From Bacteroidota bacterium (GTDB taxonomy: Bacteria; Bacteroidota; Bacteroidia; Chitinophagales; Saprospiraceae): a DNA stretch of 64,000 bases. The stretch spans positions 3,522 through 67,521 of the forward strand of contig JBEGMH010000344.1 of the NCBI GenBank assembly GCA_041183125.1, read 5' to 3'. The position numbers and the translations under genes were made by a program. The notes below the pieces were generated by a model, which was not told the origin of the DNA, did not search any database, and saw nothing but the letters and a program-made list of their open reading frames with translations. Below, piece after piece: positions 62,908 through 64,000 of this stretch. Each line of letters starts with the position of its first letter. The stretch's first letter is position 1.

Positions 62908-64000
62908 ATGGATTTCAGCAACCTGAAAAAAAGTACGACTGCCGTCTGGGGCGGAGAAGACCATATCCAAACCGACGGTTCGATAGCGACGCCGATCAGC
63001 CACAGCGTGGCCTTTGCGTATGAAGACCCCGACCACTGGCACCAGGTATCGTTGGGGAACGCCGAGGGCTATATCTACAGCCGAAATACCAACCCCACCG
63101 TGGCGGTGCTGGAAGAAAAAATACGCCTTCTCGAAGGCGCGGAAGCGGCCACTTCCTTTGCCACGGGCATGGCTGCGATCAGCAACACCTTGTTTACCTT
63201 CCTGACCACGGGGAAACGGGTCGTTTCGCTCAAAGACACGTATGGAGGCACCAGCAAGATTTTTTTGGATTTTTTGCCCAAATACGGTGTACAGGTTACC
63301 CTTTGCGACACGACCGACCATGCGCAAATCGAAGCCGAAGTAGCCAAAGGCTGTGACCTCCTCTACCTCGAAACACCCACCAACCCGACGCTCAAAATCA
63401 TAGACATCCGTCGGCTGGCGCAGGCGGCCCACCGCACCGGGGCCATTGTCGTCGTGGACAACACGTTTGCCTCCCCGATCAACCAAAACCCGCTGGACTT
63501 AGGGGCCGACCTGGTCCTCCACAGCGCCACTAAGTTCTTGTCTGGCCATTCGGATGCCCTGGGCGGGTTGTTGGCGGGAAAAAAAGACCTTGTACGCCAG
63601 GTCTTCCATTTCCGGGAAATCAACGGGGCCAGCTTGCAGGCAGACCCTGCCTACCGGATAGCCCGCGGCATGAAAACCCTGGAGCTGCGCATTGCCCGCC
63701 AGAACGAATCGGCGCTGCGCATTGCCCATTTTTTGCAACAACACCCCAAAGTGGAGCAGGTATTTTACCCGGGCTTGGAAAGCCATCCGGGGCATTCCAT
63801 AGCCCGCGAACAGATGAGCGGGTTTGGAGGAATCCTAAGTTTTTCATTAGGAGGTGGTTATGCATCGGTTGCCGCGCTGCTCACGCGGCTAAAGCTGGTA
63901 CACTTAGCCGCCAGCCTAGGTTCTGTGAGCACCCTCGCGGGCCCTCCCCGCACGACGAGCCATGTAGAGCTGAGCGCTGAACAACGCAAGCAGCTCGGCA
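62908..64000 (+). CDS. Cys/Met-metabolism PLP-dependent enzyme (cystathionine gamma-synthase / beta-lyase / gamma-lyase family), 3' end outside the window
   Basis: Absent from the ORF track because there is no stop in the window. My manual translation from the ATG at 62908 is MDFSNLKKSTTAVWGGEDHIQ...YSRNTNPTVAVLEEKI...LVLHSATKFLSGHSDALGG, which contains the PLP-lysine motif. It starts 3 nt after the preceding stop. Confidence 0.85.
   Translation, partial: MDFSNLKKSTTAVWGGEDHIQTDGSIATPISHSVAFAYEDPDHWHQVSLGNAEGYIYSRNTNPTVAVLEEKIRLLEGAEAATSFATGMAAISNTLFTFLTTGKRVVSLKDTYGGTSKIFLDFLPKYGVQVTLCDTTDHAQIEAEVAKGCDLLYLETPTNPTLKIIDIRRLAQAAHRTGAIVVVDNTFASPINQNPLDLGADLVLHSATKFLSGHSDALGGLLAGKKDLVRQVFHFREINGASLQADPAYRIARGMKTLELRIARQNESALRIAHFLQQHPKVEQVFYPGLESHPGHSIAREQMSGFGGILSFSLGGGYASVAALLTRLKLVHLAASLGSVSTLAGPPRTTSHVELSAEQRKQLG

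Noticed and set aside
1-64000. Search for tRNA, rRNA, CRISPR arrays, IS elements, integrases, prophage or toxin-antitoxin pairs
   Set aside because: I recognised none. All intergenic gaps over 100 bp were read by eye and contain only the dispersed repeat, hairpins or AT-rich promoter-like sequence. A tRNAscan, Infernal or ISfinder run would be needed to exclude small RNAs formally.

Overview
Gene-dense 64-kb chromosomal segment with about 41 protein-coding genes. GC content looks to be in the mid-50s percent by eye; I did not compute it. I saw no rRNA, tRNA, CRISPR array, transposase, integrase or phage genes. The gene content points to Bacteroidota (my inference): a SusC/SusD pair, a PorP/SprF gene next to a SprB-repeat adhesin with a type-B T9SS C-terminal domain, DUF1573, a DUF4212 plus sodium:solute symporter pair, and TAnnTTTG-like -7 boxes. 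Most genes are housekeeping or envelope functions: saccharopine dehydrogenase, cdd, kdsB, a cysteine synthase-like PLP enzyme, an M16 peptidase pair, folD, prmA, topA, purB, a PolX-like protein, a cell-wall amidase, a UbiA prenyltransferase, Fe/Mn SOD, acetoacetate-CoA ligase and a Cys/Met PLP enzyme. Accessory-looking parts are a T9SS adhesin cassette, a regulator-less SusC/SusD locus with VCBS/UnbV and PAP2/haloperoxidase-like genes, and several orphan or degenerate proteins. The strongest signal not explained by genes is a dispersed palindromic MITE/REP-like element of roughly 60-105 bp. It occurs in at least 12 intergenic regions, usually 0-40 nt from a start codon, and it creates false N-terminal extensions in the ORF track. 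Other items worth a second look:
- a GH13-like lipoprotein with every catalytic position substituted
- a PolX-like protein lacking the polymerase aspartates, translationally coupled to an amidase
- a 1128-aa PD-(D/E)XK plus Upf1-like SF1B helicase fusion (Dna2/Nhi-like)
- a secreted SOD with an extra His-rich C-terminal domain
- a lipoprotein with two tandem Cys4/His3 motifs
- a YheC/D-type ATP-grasp gene overlapping an acetoacetate-CoA ligase gene by 4 nt
- a 1510-aa secreted orphan
All domain calls come from motif recognition by eye; no searches were run.
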